The position numbers and the translations under genes are program-made. A stretch of DNA of 64,000 nucleotides from Macrostomum lignano (taxonomy: Eukaryota): assembly GCA_002269645.1 (NCBI GenBank), contig NIVC01000712.1, forward strand, positions 310,001-374,000, given 5' to 3'. Numbering within the stretch: position 1 is the first letter of the stretch; each line of letters begins with the position of its first letter. Shown here in pieces: positions 25,401 to 36,753 of the stretch. A model generated the notes under the pieces. That model saw only the letters and a list, made by a program, of their open reading frames with translations, made no database searches and was not told the DNA's origin.

Positions 25401-26186
25401 GTGGTGCTGCACGATCTGACTGACTCCTGTCAGGTGACCATGGTCGGCTGGGAGGTCTGCGCTGAGAGCATGGTGACCTTTGTGAGTATCGCCACATTTC
25501 ACCTGATACTACTACCTGATTACAATCCCAATACTACCAGATTACAATCCCACTATTACCTGATTACAATCCCACTATTACCTGATTACAATGCCACTAT
25601 TACCTGATTACAATGCCACTATTACCTGATTACAATCCCACTATTACCTGATTACAATCCCACTATTACCTGATTACAATCCCACTATTACCTGATTACA
25701 ATCCCACTATTACCTGATTACAATCCCACTACTACCTGATTACAATCCCAATGATACCAGATTACAATCCCAATACTACCAGATTACAATCCCAATGATA
25801 GCAGATTACAATCCCAATACTACCTGATTACCCTGTTCCCTACCACACGAACTCAGGAGACCGCTGAGCAGCTGATGCTGCAGGGCTGCGGCCCAAAAGC
25901 CGATTTCGTCCGCAGCATCTACGCCAACGTGCTGCGCCAGCGCCTGCTGCCCGGCTTCGTCTTCTGCGACGAGCTGGCGATGGCCTGCCTGCTGTGGCCG
26001 CAGGTGGCCCGGCAGACCGAGCGGGCGCGGTTCCGGGTGGAGCTGGCCGGGCACTGGTGCCGGGGCATGGCCGTTCCCGACTGGGAGAGTCTCGACACCG
26101 GGGAGCATCAACCCATGGTTACCATGGTGACCAGTGTGGATATGACTCGGTTTTTAGATCTCATGCGAGCTTGCCTGAACGGCTGA
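22423..26186 (+). CDS. Inosine-uridine preferring nucleoside hydrolase family protein, 313 aa; exons 22423-22599, 23302-23479, 24684-24797, 25339-25481, 25857-26186
   Basis: IIDTDCGLDD (DxDxxxDD motif), DGN, IPIYRG, HGEDGLG, LGPLTNLALA, IMGG, EFNFYRDPEAA, CDE; phases consistent, 942 nt total. Confidence 0.95.
22672..22950 (+). mobile_element. tRNA-derived SINE with CORE-like domain, copy 1 (nucleoside hydrolase intron 1)
   Basis: B-box-like ggttcgattc, gtgtccttgagcaagacac, tgtaaaatggg and shared 3' part gaacagccgtacgcagcc...gttgcacatctg. Confidence 0.8.
23480..24480. repeat. GT-rich minisatellite, ~24-bp unit (ggggtttggtgtggtttctggtgt), starting at the splice donor
   Basis: Direct reading. 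Confidence 0.95.
24838..25325. repeat. Minisatellite, 23-bp unit (gccactagattacaacccaatta); nucleoside hydrolase intron 3
   Basis: Direct reading. Confidence 0.95.
25500..25830. repeat. Minisatellite, 22-bp unit (cctgattacaatcccactatta); nucleoside hydrolase intron 4
   Basis: Direct reading. Confidence 0.95.
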
Positions 26187-26299
26187 GGTTTGAAGGCTCT
26201 TCGTGTCTGCACCATGTCCCTACCATTTTCCCTTTCCTGAATTGCTGGATGCCCATTCCCGAATCCCCAGATAACAAAGCACGTGCAGATCCTTAATCC

Positions 26300-26665
26300 C
26301 CTGATTCAAAATCCCCAGATCCAAAATCCAAAAATCTTTAGATCCCAGATCCCCAGATCCAAAATCCCCAGATCCCAAATCCCCAGATCCAAAATCACAA
26401 AATCCTCAGATCCCAGATCCAAAATCCTCAGATCCAAAATCCCCAGATCCAAAATCCCCAGATCCAACATCCCCAGATTCAACATCCCTAGATCCAACAT
26501 CCCCAGATCTAACATCCCCAGATCCAAAATCCCGAGATCCAACATCACGAGATCCAAAATCCCGAGATCCAACATCCCGAGATCCAAAATCCCCAGATCC
26601 AACATCCCCAGATCTAAAATCCCAAAATCCCCAGATCCCCAAATCCCAAATCCCCAGATTTGAAA
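26300..26665. repeat. Minisatellite, 15-bp unit (ccccagatccaaaat)
   Basis: Direct reading. Confidence 0.93.
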
Positions 26666-27209
26666 TTCCACGCATTCAAAATGTCTCACATTCAAAGCTC
26701 TAAATTGTTTTGCAAGTTCACTCCCTCTTAGCTGACAATATTACGCGCTTTCAAAATCGTTTCAAAAGGAAAAGCTAGAAGTTTCGAGATCAATCTCATA
26801 TTGTTGAACCGAATGAAATATCAAACCCTTATGCTGCTAGTTCACTATAGTTCCAATGAAATAAAACTTCTTATATGATTTTACATATGCGCATGTTTTT
26901 AACGCAAGTCAATTTTAATAAACTTAGTGTATTGCCGTGACAGTATAGCGAGTTTTTAACACGTTTAATTTTAGTTTTATCTGATATTTATTGAATTTTT
27001 CGACTTGGTACTATTCGTAGTTCTATCTTATTCAGTTTATTAGTCTATTACGCTTAATATACACGATATAGTATACATTAATCTTGATTATTTGCATTTT
27101 AAACTTTGAAAAAATTCAGAAACTTTTTTTCGTTACTGCTTTCTACAAGGTAAAATCTATTTTGATATTCTTGTGAATTGAGCATATGAAATGCTAGATG
27201 CATGTTTAT

Positions 27210-27610
27210 AGTCATGACTCTCACGTATAAATCATCACTGGCCATGACTCACGCTCATGAACCATCACTGGCCATGATTCACGCTCATGAACCATCACTG
27301 GCCATGACTCACGCTCATGCCATCACTGGCCATTATTCACGCTCATGAACCATCACTAGCCATGATTCACACTCATAGACCATCACTGGCCATGATTCAC
27401 ACTCATGAACCATCACTGGCCATGATTCACACTCATAAACCATCACTGGCCATAATTCACACTCATAAACCATCACTGACCATGATTCACACTCATAAAC
27501 CATCACTGACCATGATTCACACTCATAAACCATCAATGGCCATGACTCACACTCATAAACTATCACTGGCCATGACTCACACTCACAAACCATCGCTGGG
27601 CATGACTCAT
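27210..27610. repeat. Minisatellite, 30-bp unit (cactggccatgattcacactcataaaccat)
   Basis: Direct reading. Confidence 0.93.
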
Positions 27611-27920
27611 GAACCACCGGTTGCAGGCTTTGCATTTGAATTATGGAGTTCTCTTTTTCTGTTTAAAAGTCAGGCAACAGCAAGTTCTGTTTACATTAGG
27701 CATATTTAAATGGTTTAAATGTATTCAGTTTACCAAGTGCACCATGGGCTTCATAGTTAGTTGGAATTCGCTATGTAAACATTTTCAAAGTTTTTTAAGT
27801 CAGCCAGCTTTTCCAGTTAAAGATCGCAATCGAGCCACGAACTAATGTAAACTTTATAGATATCAACAACTATTATAGCGTACGTACATGTATGGAAGTT
27901 AAAAGTTAATATTAAAAAGC

Positions 27921-30900
27921 TCAGTTGATTGAAGTAGCGCTTTCAGGTATCGGAATCGGCTTTGAGCTGCTGTCCTTGTAGTACTCTTTGTACTTGACAA
28001 ATGTGCACCCATCCAGATCATAGTGACCCGACGCCGTCGTGAACATCAAGCTGTCACTGTTTGAATCTTCGCTATCGGAGCCACTTGATGCGTCATACTG
28101 GTCTGTCACCTGATCGATTATTTGCAACACCTTTGCGAACTCGATAGCTGGCTTGCTTGACGTCTGGAATATGAGAGGCGGTCATTGAGGTCATGAAGGG
28201 TCACTCTTGTCATGAAGGGTCACTCTTGTCATGAAGGTTCACTCTTGTCATGAAGGTTCACTCTTGTCATGTTCACTCTTGTCATGAAGGCTCACTCTTG
28301 TCATGAAGGTTCACTCTTGTCATGAAGGTTCACTCTTGTCATGAAGGTTCACCCTTGTCATGAAGGGTCACTCTTGTCATGAAGGTTCACTCTTGTCATG
28401 AAGGTTCACTCTTGTCATGAAGGGTCACTCTTGTCATGAAGGTTCACTCTTGTCATGTTCACTCTTGTCATGAAGGCTCACTCTTGTCATGAAGGTTCAC
28501 TCTTGTCATGAAGGTTCACTCTTGTCATGAAGGTTCACCCTTGTCATGAAGGGTCACTCTTGTCATGAAGGTTCACTCTTGTCATGAAGGTTCACTCTTG
28601 TCATGAAGGGTCACTCTTGTCATGAAGGTTCACTCTTGTCATGAAGGTTCACTCTTGTCATGAAGGTTCACTCTTGTCATGAAGGTTCACCCTTGTCATG
28701 AAGGGTCACTCTTGTCATGAAGGTTCACTCTTGTCATGAAGGTTCACCCTTGTCATGAAGGTTCACTCTTGTCATGAAGGGTCACTCTTGTCATGAAGGT
28801 TCACTCTTGTCATGAAGGTTCACCCTTGTCATGAAGGTTCACTCTTGTCATGAAGGTTCACTCTTGTCATGAAGGGTCACTCTTGTCATGAAGGTTCACT
28901 CTTGTCATGAAGGCTCACTCTTGTCATGAAGGTTCACTCTTGTCATGAAGGTTCACTCTTGTCATGAAGATTCACCCTTGTCATGAAGGTTCACTCTTGT
29001 CATGAAGGTTCACTCTTATTATGAAGGTTCATTATGGTCACACAATTTCACTCTTGTTGAGATTCACTTAGATCATGCAGGTTACTCATGTGTTCACATG
29101 TTACTTCCTGTCACTAACTAAGTGCTAAGTCATTAACTAAGTGCACTGAAAAGCACACAAGTATCATGCCCTGGAAGCTTACTTGGCAGCGTACGGTATT
29201 TTGATGCTGTTTATTGTCGCGCGGTACAGTGTCTATTACCAGTCAATTGTTATATATAAGTTTGGTCAGGCAGGCTTCAATAATATCTTGCTTGGCTACT
29301 TATAGAAATCTTTCAACAGCAAAAGCTGATGTGCAGTTTTGCGTCATATGCAAGCTGTTTGCATTAGAAGTTAAAATCTTCACATGTAAACTTGGGAATC
29401 ACATGCCTAACTTGTAGGGGTATTAGCAAGGGGCCGAGTAGAGCGAATTCAAGACCAATGAAAACTGAGTTTAAAGAAACATGAGGTGTACAAGCACACG
29501 CCTGACTATGAGAAAGGAAGTGCCTGTGTTAGTGTACGTATCTGCGTAAGCACTTTGCCTGCATGTAGTCCGCTAAGGGTTTACCCAAATGAGCATGACT
29601 GCTTGTGTCCCAGCTGGCTCCGGATTGACTGTCCGTATCAGCTCAAATGAGACCAGTTCGGTCGGGAGCATGCGGCCTAAAGGACATCTTCTAGGAAGCT
29701 GTGAAGGTGATTGGAAAGTAACACGCAAACTACTCAGGTTTAATTTATTGAGGTTCCGGATGATGGAATAGTCTGTGATTGCAGCCGCTATAGTATATGC
29801 TACACGCATCATAACAGCTTTCATACAAATCTGCATGTGCTTGTAAATACCTGCTGAGTACTGTAGCTCACTTGCTGCTCAGACTGGCCATCGCTGCAGT
29901 CCGCCTGCGGGATACTTCCTGCCAAGTCAGCCAGCTGGCTTTCGCCATTGCTATAACCGCTAGTCGCTTGCTTTGCGGTGACGTACAGGCAGACACCGGT
30001 GACCACCAGGATGAACACTGAAAGCAGCAGGCTAACTGCTCCAATCGCGACTGCCGCGTAGGTTCTTCTAGGAGCGTTCGGATCGGATTCGCTGCTAGCT
30101 TGGGGCTTCAGCGTCAACGGAAACGGTTCAGAGCGGCTGATGTTGTAAACTGTTGTTCCTCGAAACGTCTGCCTTCCGCTACACTGGATTCTCACAAAGA
30201 TGCTGCTCCATAGCAGCGCCAGAGGAATCTTTGCGAGCTTCCACCGCTGAGTTGACGTTTGCTTCATGTTCTGCACGCTTGTGTTGCAACCAAAGTCAGC
30301 TGTGCACTGCACATCGGAAACATTCCATCCGGAATCTGCTCTTGTGACCATGACGGACATGTTTCTGTCGTTCAACTCTGGTGGGGATATTTTCATGCTT
30401 GTTTTGTCTGAAATGGCGGTCACAAATACATCTGACAATGAGCTTTGAATTTATCAAGTGTACAAAGAATCAGTGAGCTCACAGAAAACTGCAGGCAGTT
30501 GATTGGCGCTGGTCTCTACGTCTGGGTACTCGACTCCTGACTGGTTGACCTGGCAGCGCACCAGCCATCGGCTCCGGGCCATCCACCGGCTCACCCACAG
30601 CTGGTGCTCGCTGCTGAAGTCTGCGCTCTGAGGATGGATGAGAATGATTGTTACATTTACCTTCAACTCGAGTTTAGTAATTTCAACTACGTAACTACAG
30701 AACATTATTATGCATAACACGAAGTACAACAATACTGGTACTTCATTACAAATAGTTGACTTCTTAGATTTCCTCTAACCAGAAACTGCAGCTCCTCTGT
30801 CAATAAGCAGTCAGTACAACGCAAACCGAGTCATAAAATTTACCTGAACTTTCTTGAGCAGCTGGGAGAATGGAACTGCCGAGTCAATTAACCAGCAGCT

Positions 30901-33347
30901 GTGGCTCACGGGCCAGAAGCTGCAGCTGTCTGACCTGACCCTGACTGTCCTGACCTCGTGCTCACGCCAGAACTCGGCCTGCTCAAACTCAATCCGCGTC
31001 ACACAGGGCTCTGGAGAGAAAAGACGTCGGAACTGTGCGCTGGATGGTGTGCCAAATAATTCAGATTGTTTCTCTCATTGGCTTACCGCTAATAGCTGCG
31101 ATGCTGTGACGTTTCGCTACAGAGGTGACACTTCCAGTTGTTGCAAAACTTTCTTTGCAATTAATGTAATTAGCCTTCATCCACTTCGACACTGTGAAGG
31201 TAAACGTGGACTTCACAGAAAAGACAGGCAGGTTTTCCGAGTTCCAAGTGATATTCCTTTCCTGCGAATTCGATATTGAGTGAGAGAATGTGAAACACAA
31301 TGCAGGATAAATCTGCCAAGCAGAACTTGGGTTGCTTACAATGACTGCAGCTGTCAGAACCTCAGCCTGTGATGAAGGTGCATTCGAACTGCTAGCTCCG
31401 ATCCAGCACACGTGTCGCGGCTCCGGAGAAGAGTCTGTGGTGATGAAGCTGACGGAAGCTGTTCTTCCGGACACCAACACATCGGGAGGCGAAATTTCTG
31501 ACTGAATTGGCGGAACTGAAAAGCGAATTTCTGGTCTCGTATTACAGAGCGGCTTTAGTGGCTCCAATAAAAACATTGTGAGCTGAACTCACTTCTCAAT
31601 AGCAGCATTCGCTCAAGTCTTGTATCTCTTTGACGTCCTCGACTGCAGCTGAGCAGTGCGCCCTGATGCTCCAAGCTCGATTTGAATTCAAACATTTGCT
31701 GACATTCTTCATGGATCGTTCGCAACTACAATGCCAGAATTTCTCTCTAATCGGAATTATACCGAATGAAAATTGATGTTCATGAAAACCTACATGATTG
31801 ACCCTGAATTGTTTTCCATTGCGGTTCCGTATGCTGCAGTTAAGCCTTGAGCTGGTGGTTTTTAAGCCACAGTCCCGCACGGAAAAGCAGATGGGATCGC
31901 CGACAGAAGATTTTCCGATGTTGTCCAGACTGGTGCACATGGGAGTGTCAACGTCAAGCAGCTGCAGACAGGCGGGTCGACCTGAAAAAGGCGCGAGTTG
32001 ACTACAGAACTCCAGACCAGAATCAATAATTTGAGCGCATTTACCTGTCAGGTTGAGTGCAGACCACTGCAGGTCGCCTGAGCTGTTCTTCAGAAGAATG
32101 AAGGACACTAGGACCTGCCAGTCAAGTTTGATAGCATTGGTCTTCTGAAGGCATTAACTAATATCTTAATGCATGCAACATAAGACAACAGGTCTGTGGT
32201 GACTACCTGGACATTGATCTGTCTCCACCGGTCGCTGCTGCCGTAGGTCTCCCAGCTGGCCCGGCACGGATCCTCCAGCTGCAGCTCCAGCGGGAGGCTC
32301 GAGGCTACGACCGCTGACACGGGCGAGCCGACCGGAGCTGCTGCGAGCCACTGGCCATCTGCAACACGAGTGCTTGGCTGCTAGCTGGTCTCACACTGTG
32401 TCAGAGTGCTAATTAGATGCTAGCTGGTCTCACACTGTCTCAGAGTGCTAATTTAGATGCTAGCTGGTCTCACACTGTCTCAGAGTGCTAATTAGATGCT
32501 AGCTGGTCTCACACAGTCTCAGAGTGCTAATTAGATGCTAGCTGGTCTCGCACTGTCTCAGAGTGCTAATTAGATGCTAGCTGGTCTCGCACTGTCTCAG
32601 AGTGCTAATTGGCTGCTTGCAGGTCTCACACTGTCTCAGAGTGCTAATTGACTGCTTGCAGGTCTCACACTGTCTCAGAGTGCTAATTAGATGCTAGCTG
32701 GTCTCACACTGTCTCAGAGTGCTAATTAGATGCTAGCTGGTCTCACACTGTCTCAGAGTGCTAATTAGATGCTAGCTGGTCTCACACTGTCTCAGAGTGC
32801 TAATTAGATGCTAGCTGGTCTCACACTGTCTCAGAGTGCTAATTAGATGCTAGCTGGTCTCACACTGTCTCAGAGTGCTAATTAGATGCTAGCTGGTCTC
32901 ACACTGTCTCACACTGTGTCCCAGACTCCCTCTGCCTCATCATGCATCATGAGAATGAGTCGGTCAGCGTCACTCACCCCAGTCTCGCACGCTCACCGCC
33001 TCCAGCATCATCGGCTGCCTCAGCTGCATCACAAGCCACCGAGGCCCGGACCGCACAGCAGCAGGGAATCGGTTTGTCTCTGACTGCCGACTCTCCCACC
33101 AACGGCAGTGCGCACCGCTGGGTTGCCAGGTGCGCAGAACGTCAGCCCTGCTCAGCTGCACTGTGACTGAAACATTTTGACTCAGCTGTCAGTATCTGTG
33201 GTTTTCGATTAAAGTTTTTCAAAACCTGCATATTCTGACATAGATCATCAGCTCACCTTCATGTATTGCGTCAGTGCATTGGGCTTCTGCGCTAGAGACC
33301 CGAAGGCTCAGCAGCGCCGGCAGAAGCAGCCAAATCTGCTGCTTCAT
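27921..33347 (-). CDS. Type I membrane protein, receptor pair copy 1: signal peptide, F5/8C-like segment, degenerate C-type-lectin-like region, TM, Ser/Tyr-rich tail
   Basis: Exon 1 (33347-33257) MKQQIWLLLPALLSL; further phase-consistent exons; TM AVAIGAVSLLLSVFILVVTGVCLYV in the exon ending at 29872; putative terminal exon 28163-27921. Some internal exon borders are unresolved and domain names rest on motif resemblance only. Confidence 0.65.
28190..29030. repeat. Minisatellite, 19-bp unit (tcatgaaggttcactcttg)
   Basis: Direct reading. Confidence 0.96.
32380..32912. repeat. Minisatellite, 39-bp unit (agtgctaattagatgctagctggtctcacactgtctcag), about 13 copies
   Basis: Direct reading. Confidence 0.95.
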
Positions 33348-34106
33348 GTTAGCATGGAGTGTCCCAGCGACCAATGTTGTCAGGGTTAAAGTTTATAGCT
33401 GTAAAAATCTCAGATAATTAACCGCAGTTCATGCCACCAGTTAGGTGCAAGGTAAACAAACTTCAAACTGATTGATGCAATGAACTGCGAAACTGTACAC
33501 TTGTGTTCACGCACAGATGTTTTTACCCTGCTTTTAGGAGCGACGTATCCAACAAGCTTTGCCTCCTTCGTTTATGATTTATCGTTTATGAAAAAATGAA
33601 ATGAAACGAGTCGAAAAACTTAGCCTAACCAATTTGCCTTTGACTCCCTATTGCGGCACGACATGGATGGTCGCTCGCGCGGTAGCCTCTCAGGTAGCAG
33701 ACAAGCTGGCAGAGATTCTCGGGCCTGAAAACATCTGAAATGTTCCGGTTTCGAACAGAAGTGCGGGAACTATAAACTACCTGACGTGACGCGAAAGTCA
33801 GGAATCGAATGTTGTTTGAACGAGTGTAAATTCTTGCGATATATTTGCAGTAGTAGAATAGTCTAAGTTGCTTGACGAGACACAGATCGAGAGCAATGGT
33901 TTAAATATTGCGACTATTGAAAATATTGAAGTGGAGTATTGAACTACATTGATGCACTGCGTGATTGAGCAAGTGGAGGGACTTAAGGGGCGAGGCAAGG
34001 CTAGAGCAATGATGTACACTGAATTGCACAGAGTACGCATTGGTTTACAGAGTACATAGAAGTTTAGCATTGAATAAAGTTAAGTGACGGAGTTAGCAGA
34101 ATAAAG

Positions 34107-34440
34107 TTAAGCAAAAAACCGCACACAGTTACCCATGCTAGCAAACCAACGAACCGTCACTTCACTACCTACATCAAACGGATAGGTGAGCCTGTCATGA
34201 GTAAAGGCGGGGCATTCACAGATGAAGTGCTCCGGATTCTGAACGCGGTGAGAGGCCAGAATGGGCAAACCAAACTGTAGATTTTTACCTGGAGGTAGTG
34301 ATACCCGGCTAAACAGCCATGACCCGAGAGGGCCAAGGTCACCTTCCTGATGTCCGTGTGGTAGAGGCCTTGCAGGTCCTTCAAGAGGGCAGGAGAGGGA
34401 CATTGGACAGCCGCGTGGGATTGCTGGCAGTCAGGGGTGC
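34107..34440 (-). mobile_element. Decayed 3' fragment of a Loa/R1-like LINE ORF2
   Basis: Frameshifted LALSGHGCL...CPFW...[12 protein letters not shown], matching the LTGHG / CxxC..ETxEH...CP pattern of the 17.7-kb element. Confidence 0.6.
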
Positions 34441-34479
34441 TAGCCTAATTCTCTGTTCTTAGAAGCCACCTTCGGTGCT

Positions 34480-35365
34480 TGGACATGCCTCTGTAAGGGT
34501 AGAAAAGGAGCTTTGGACATGGCTCTGTGGGGGTAGAAGAGGAGCTTTGGACATGGCTCGGTGGGGGTAGGAGAGGAGCTTTGGACATGCCTCTGTAAGG
34601 GTAGAAAAGGAGCTTTGGACATGGCTCTGTGGGGGTAGAAGAGGAGCTTTGGACATGGCTCGGTGGGGGTAGAAGAGGAGCTCTGGACATGGCTCTGTGG
34701 GGGTAGGAGAGGAGCTTTGGACATGGCTCTGTGGGGGTAGAAGAGGAGCTTTGGACATGGCTCGGTGGGGGTAGAAGAGTAGCTTTGGACATGGCTCTGT
34801 GGGGGTAGAAGAGGAGCTTTGGACACTGAGAATAGAAGAGGAGCTTTGGACACTGATAATAGAAGAGGAGCTTTGGACACTGAGAATAGAAGAGGAGCTT
34901 TGGACACTGATAATAGAAGAGGAGCTTTGGACACTGAGAATAGAAGACGAGCTTTGGACACTGAGAATAGAATAGGGGCTTTTGATATCGCTCTGTGGGG
35001 GTAGAAGAGGAGCTTTGGACACTGAGAATAGAAGAGGAGCTTTGGACACTGATAATAGAAGAGGAGCTTTGGACACTGAGAATAGAAGAGGAGCTTTGGA
35101 CACTGAGAATAGAAGAGGAGCTTTGGACACTGAGAATAGAAGAGGAGCTTTGGACACTGATAATAGAAGAGGAGCTTTGGACACTGAGAATAGAAGAGGA
35201 GCTTTGGACACTGAGAATAGAAGAGGAGCTTTGGACACTGAGAATAGAAGAGGAGCTTTGGACACTGAGAATAGAAGAGGAGCTTTGGACACTGAGAATA
35301 GAAGAGGAGCTTTGGAACTGAGAATAGAAGAGGAGCTTTGGACACTGAGAATAGAAGAGGAGCTT
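34480..35365. repeat. Compound minisatellite: 34-bp unit (agctttggacatggctctgtgggggtagaagagg) grading into a 27-bp unit (agctttggacactgagaatagaagagg)
   Basis: Direct reading. Confidence 0.95.
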
Positions 35366-36753
35366 TTGAGAATGCTTTTGTGCTCTGAAATCGCTCTGTG
35401 GTTCTTCTCAATTCTGAGCTCTCGTACTAGCTGATGAGAATTGAAGCTGCTTTAATCCATTCAATTTTTTTCCAGGAGAATCAATATTCAGAATTGATGA
35501 GTGAGAAATCCGCAAGTAAGAAGCAGATATGGCAACTCAATTTCCTGCACAACCTTCTGTTGCTTCCACAAAGATGAGGAAGCATCTTCCTCTTCCGCTG
35601 TACATCCTGTGTAAGTGTCTTTAGGCAGACGGATCCGTGTGCCTGCTTAGGGGTCAGCGAAATAGGTCTGACTGCTTGTCAGCTTGCTGTCGACTTGATT
35701 TGATGTTTTTTTACATTTTGTGCACCAGATCAACAATTCAATCAAATAAACCCTTTTGCAATGCTGTAATGTTTTTACAATACGAGTGATCAAATACCAA
35801 CTGAGAGGCATATTTGCAGGAATAAAAATTCGAATTTTGTAAATTAAAAAAGCCGACATAATCAGGTGAAGTCGGCATGCTCTGAAGTATACTTGAGTTC
35901 GATTAGAGCACCGAAAGTCTTGGGAGCTTATGATAAAACTATTATAGGGTGACGATGTTGCGACATAACAATCACGTACTTTAAAAATAAATGAATAATC
36001 AATACAGGCTAATATTAGTAGTGATTTCAGCCGCTTTTAGCCGTTTCACATTTCACTTTGCAGTAAAACGACAATTTCACACTTTCTGAGCTCTTGGTGA
36101 AAGGAATTTTCTACACAAATCGACAAAGAATGGCTGCTACTGCAAGTCCTCTAACCTTTGAAACTTCTCACAATAGCAATCCGGCCCGCTCAAGGTTTGT
36201 GTCTTTTCAAGCCTTCTTTTCTCTAGTGAGTCTAATCTCATCTCCCTTCTATTGTCTCTCCTCTCCCTTTTCTTCCTTCTCTAATCTCCCTCTCTCCTAT
36301 TTTATCTCTGCTCTTCCTCACCTACCATTTTATCTATTCTCCTTTATTCCTTGCCTCTGTTGTCTCCTCTCTCTTTTCTATTTCCTCTCCTCTCTCCCCT
36401 GCCTGGCCTGAAGTCATGCGCTGGGTTCTCTATCTGGCCATTGAGGTAAAAAAGGTTTGCTGACCCCTGGTACAGACGAACCCATTAGAAAGCATTCCAA
36501 ATAGCATTCCAAAATTACTAAAAGGAGGCTATATGATAAATTGGCCGGAAAATTTGCTTTTCTGCGAGTCTCCCCACCGATTTCCGAGTACAATATCCTT
36601 CCAATTTACTTGACCATCTAGAGAAACATGAAATATTTCCTTTTCATCTTTTTCTGGTATTTATCGGAATATAACAAATACGATCCCCCAGAAAGAATTC
36701 CTGGAGGACCCTCTCTAACTTTAGCAGTTCTTGAAGCCACAGTCAACCGAGTT

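Noticed and set aside
922-26186. NADAR and nucleoside hydrolase as a functional N-glycosidase cluster
   Set aside because: 21 kb apart with unrelated genes in between; no evidence beyond a shared reaction type
26283-27709. Repetitive ORFs downstream of the nucleoside hydrolase
   Set aside because: 15-bp and 30-bp minisatellite translations
31596-31640. TGA after LSECCY as possible selenocysteine or readthrough (also at 39261)
   Set aside because: Splice phases show the coding frame is a different one (…LERMLLLR, donor gtgagt in phase 1); the ORF-track frame is not the real one
31725-31750. Apparent premature TAG in receptor copy 1
   Set aside because: The position is CAG in copy 2; both are YAG and work as an in-frame splice acceptor
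34440-35434. ORFs of up to 323 aa on both strands
   Set aside because: Compound minisatellite translations
35425-35510. CTGATGAG as a hammerhead core
   Set aside because: No stem II followed by GAAA and no closing stems
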